Assembly (NCBI GenBank): GCA_001938485.1
Contig: MQRK01219574.1
Span: 62,001-126,000, forward strand
Length of the DNA stretch: 64,000 nt
Direction of reading: 5' to 3'
Source: Girardia tigrina
Taxonomy: Eukaryota
Every line of letters starts with the position of its first letter. Position 1 is the stretch's first letter. The translations under genes were made by a program, and so were the position numbers. Below the pieces are notes generated by a model that made no database searches, had not been told where the DNA came from, and saw only the letters and a program-made list of their open reading frames with translations. This document shows positions 63,235 through 64,000 of the stretch, one piece after another.

Positions 63235-64000
63235 ATAGTCCATTCGTGATATTATATCAATCACCTGTGACGAAATTTCAACGAATTATTACTGTTACCG
63301 TTTGCGAGGATAAAACACAATTGACACAGTGTTATTTCTTAGGATCCGTGAAGATACAACTAATGTAGTTAATTGTTTATCATTTTTATGTCTGGTCAAC
63401 TGTATGTATTAATCAATATAATTTTATGATATTTCTATTTTATTTCATTTCTATTTTTTGTTATTATTTTTTCAATCCTGGTTTATGAACATGAACCGTA
63501 CAGTTAAACAGTCAAGGCATTGCGGCGTTACCTTTAGTGATGTCGGGTTGTCAGTGAGTGATGTTGCTGGATTAGCAGCGAGTAAGGAGGGTCGGGTAGT
63601 AGTTAGTTGAAAGAGAGTCAGAGTGTACAGAAAAAGGGAGACACCGACGTCCGGTTGGGAATTTTTTTTCTTAAATCGTATAAAAGTGAATTTGCATAAA
63701 GAAATAATATAAGGTGTACTTGATTTTTATTTCAAATTATTACCGAAAAGGCTAAAATATTTCTTATAAATAACAAAAATAATTGTAATAAATTTACAAT
63801 AATTGAAGTATGATGTTGTAAATTAATTATTTAATAAAACGTAGTATAATCTTATAATGGATAATAATTAATGTTTTTAATATTAATTTTGAAGAGATAT
63901 ATTTGGCTAATATTTGTATGAAAAATTAACTCAATAAAATCAAATAAAAAAATTCATTTATGAAAAAATATTGATATTTTAAAATTATAATAAAATTGAA

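Overview
This is AT-rich eukaryotic DNA, not prokaryotic. Composition, repeat content and a 52-nt intron suggest a planarian or other flatworm, but that is inference. One host gene dominates the window: a ceramide transfer protein orthologue (CERT1/COL4A3BP/STARD11) on the minus strand. It has 7 coding exons from 61294 to 7201, all with GT-AG junctions and consistent phases, giving 2394 nt or about 797 aa. Domain order is PH, serine-repeat motif, expanded middle region, coiled coil, FFAT, START. Introns range from 52 nt to about 24 kb and are filled with nested transposon relics: several mariner, Tc1 and pogo elements, hAT, MULE and piggyBac MITEs, a Helitron, Penelope-like GIY-YIG fragments with a degenerate hammerhead ribozyme, Ty3/gypsy fragments, a Polinton/adintovirus protein-primed PolB fragment, and at least 7 copies of one solo-LTR group (5 with 5-bp TSDs). 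A CHD7/8-like chromodomain fragment lies downstream of the gene. I found no CRISPR array, rRNA or tRNA and no demonstrably new system. The best leads are foreign sequence (PolB, CHD chromodomain) fused into mariner shells, altered ER-tethering motifs in CERT, a plant Stowaway-like MITE, TG..TA LTR ends and a perfect 64-bp palindrome.
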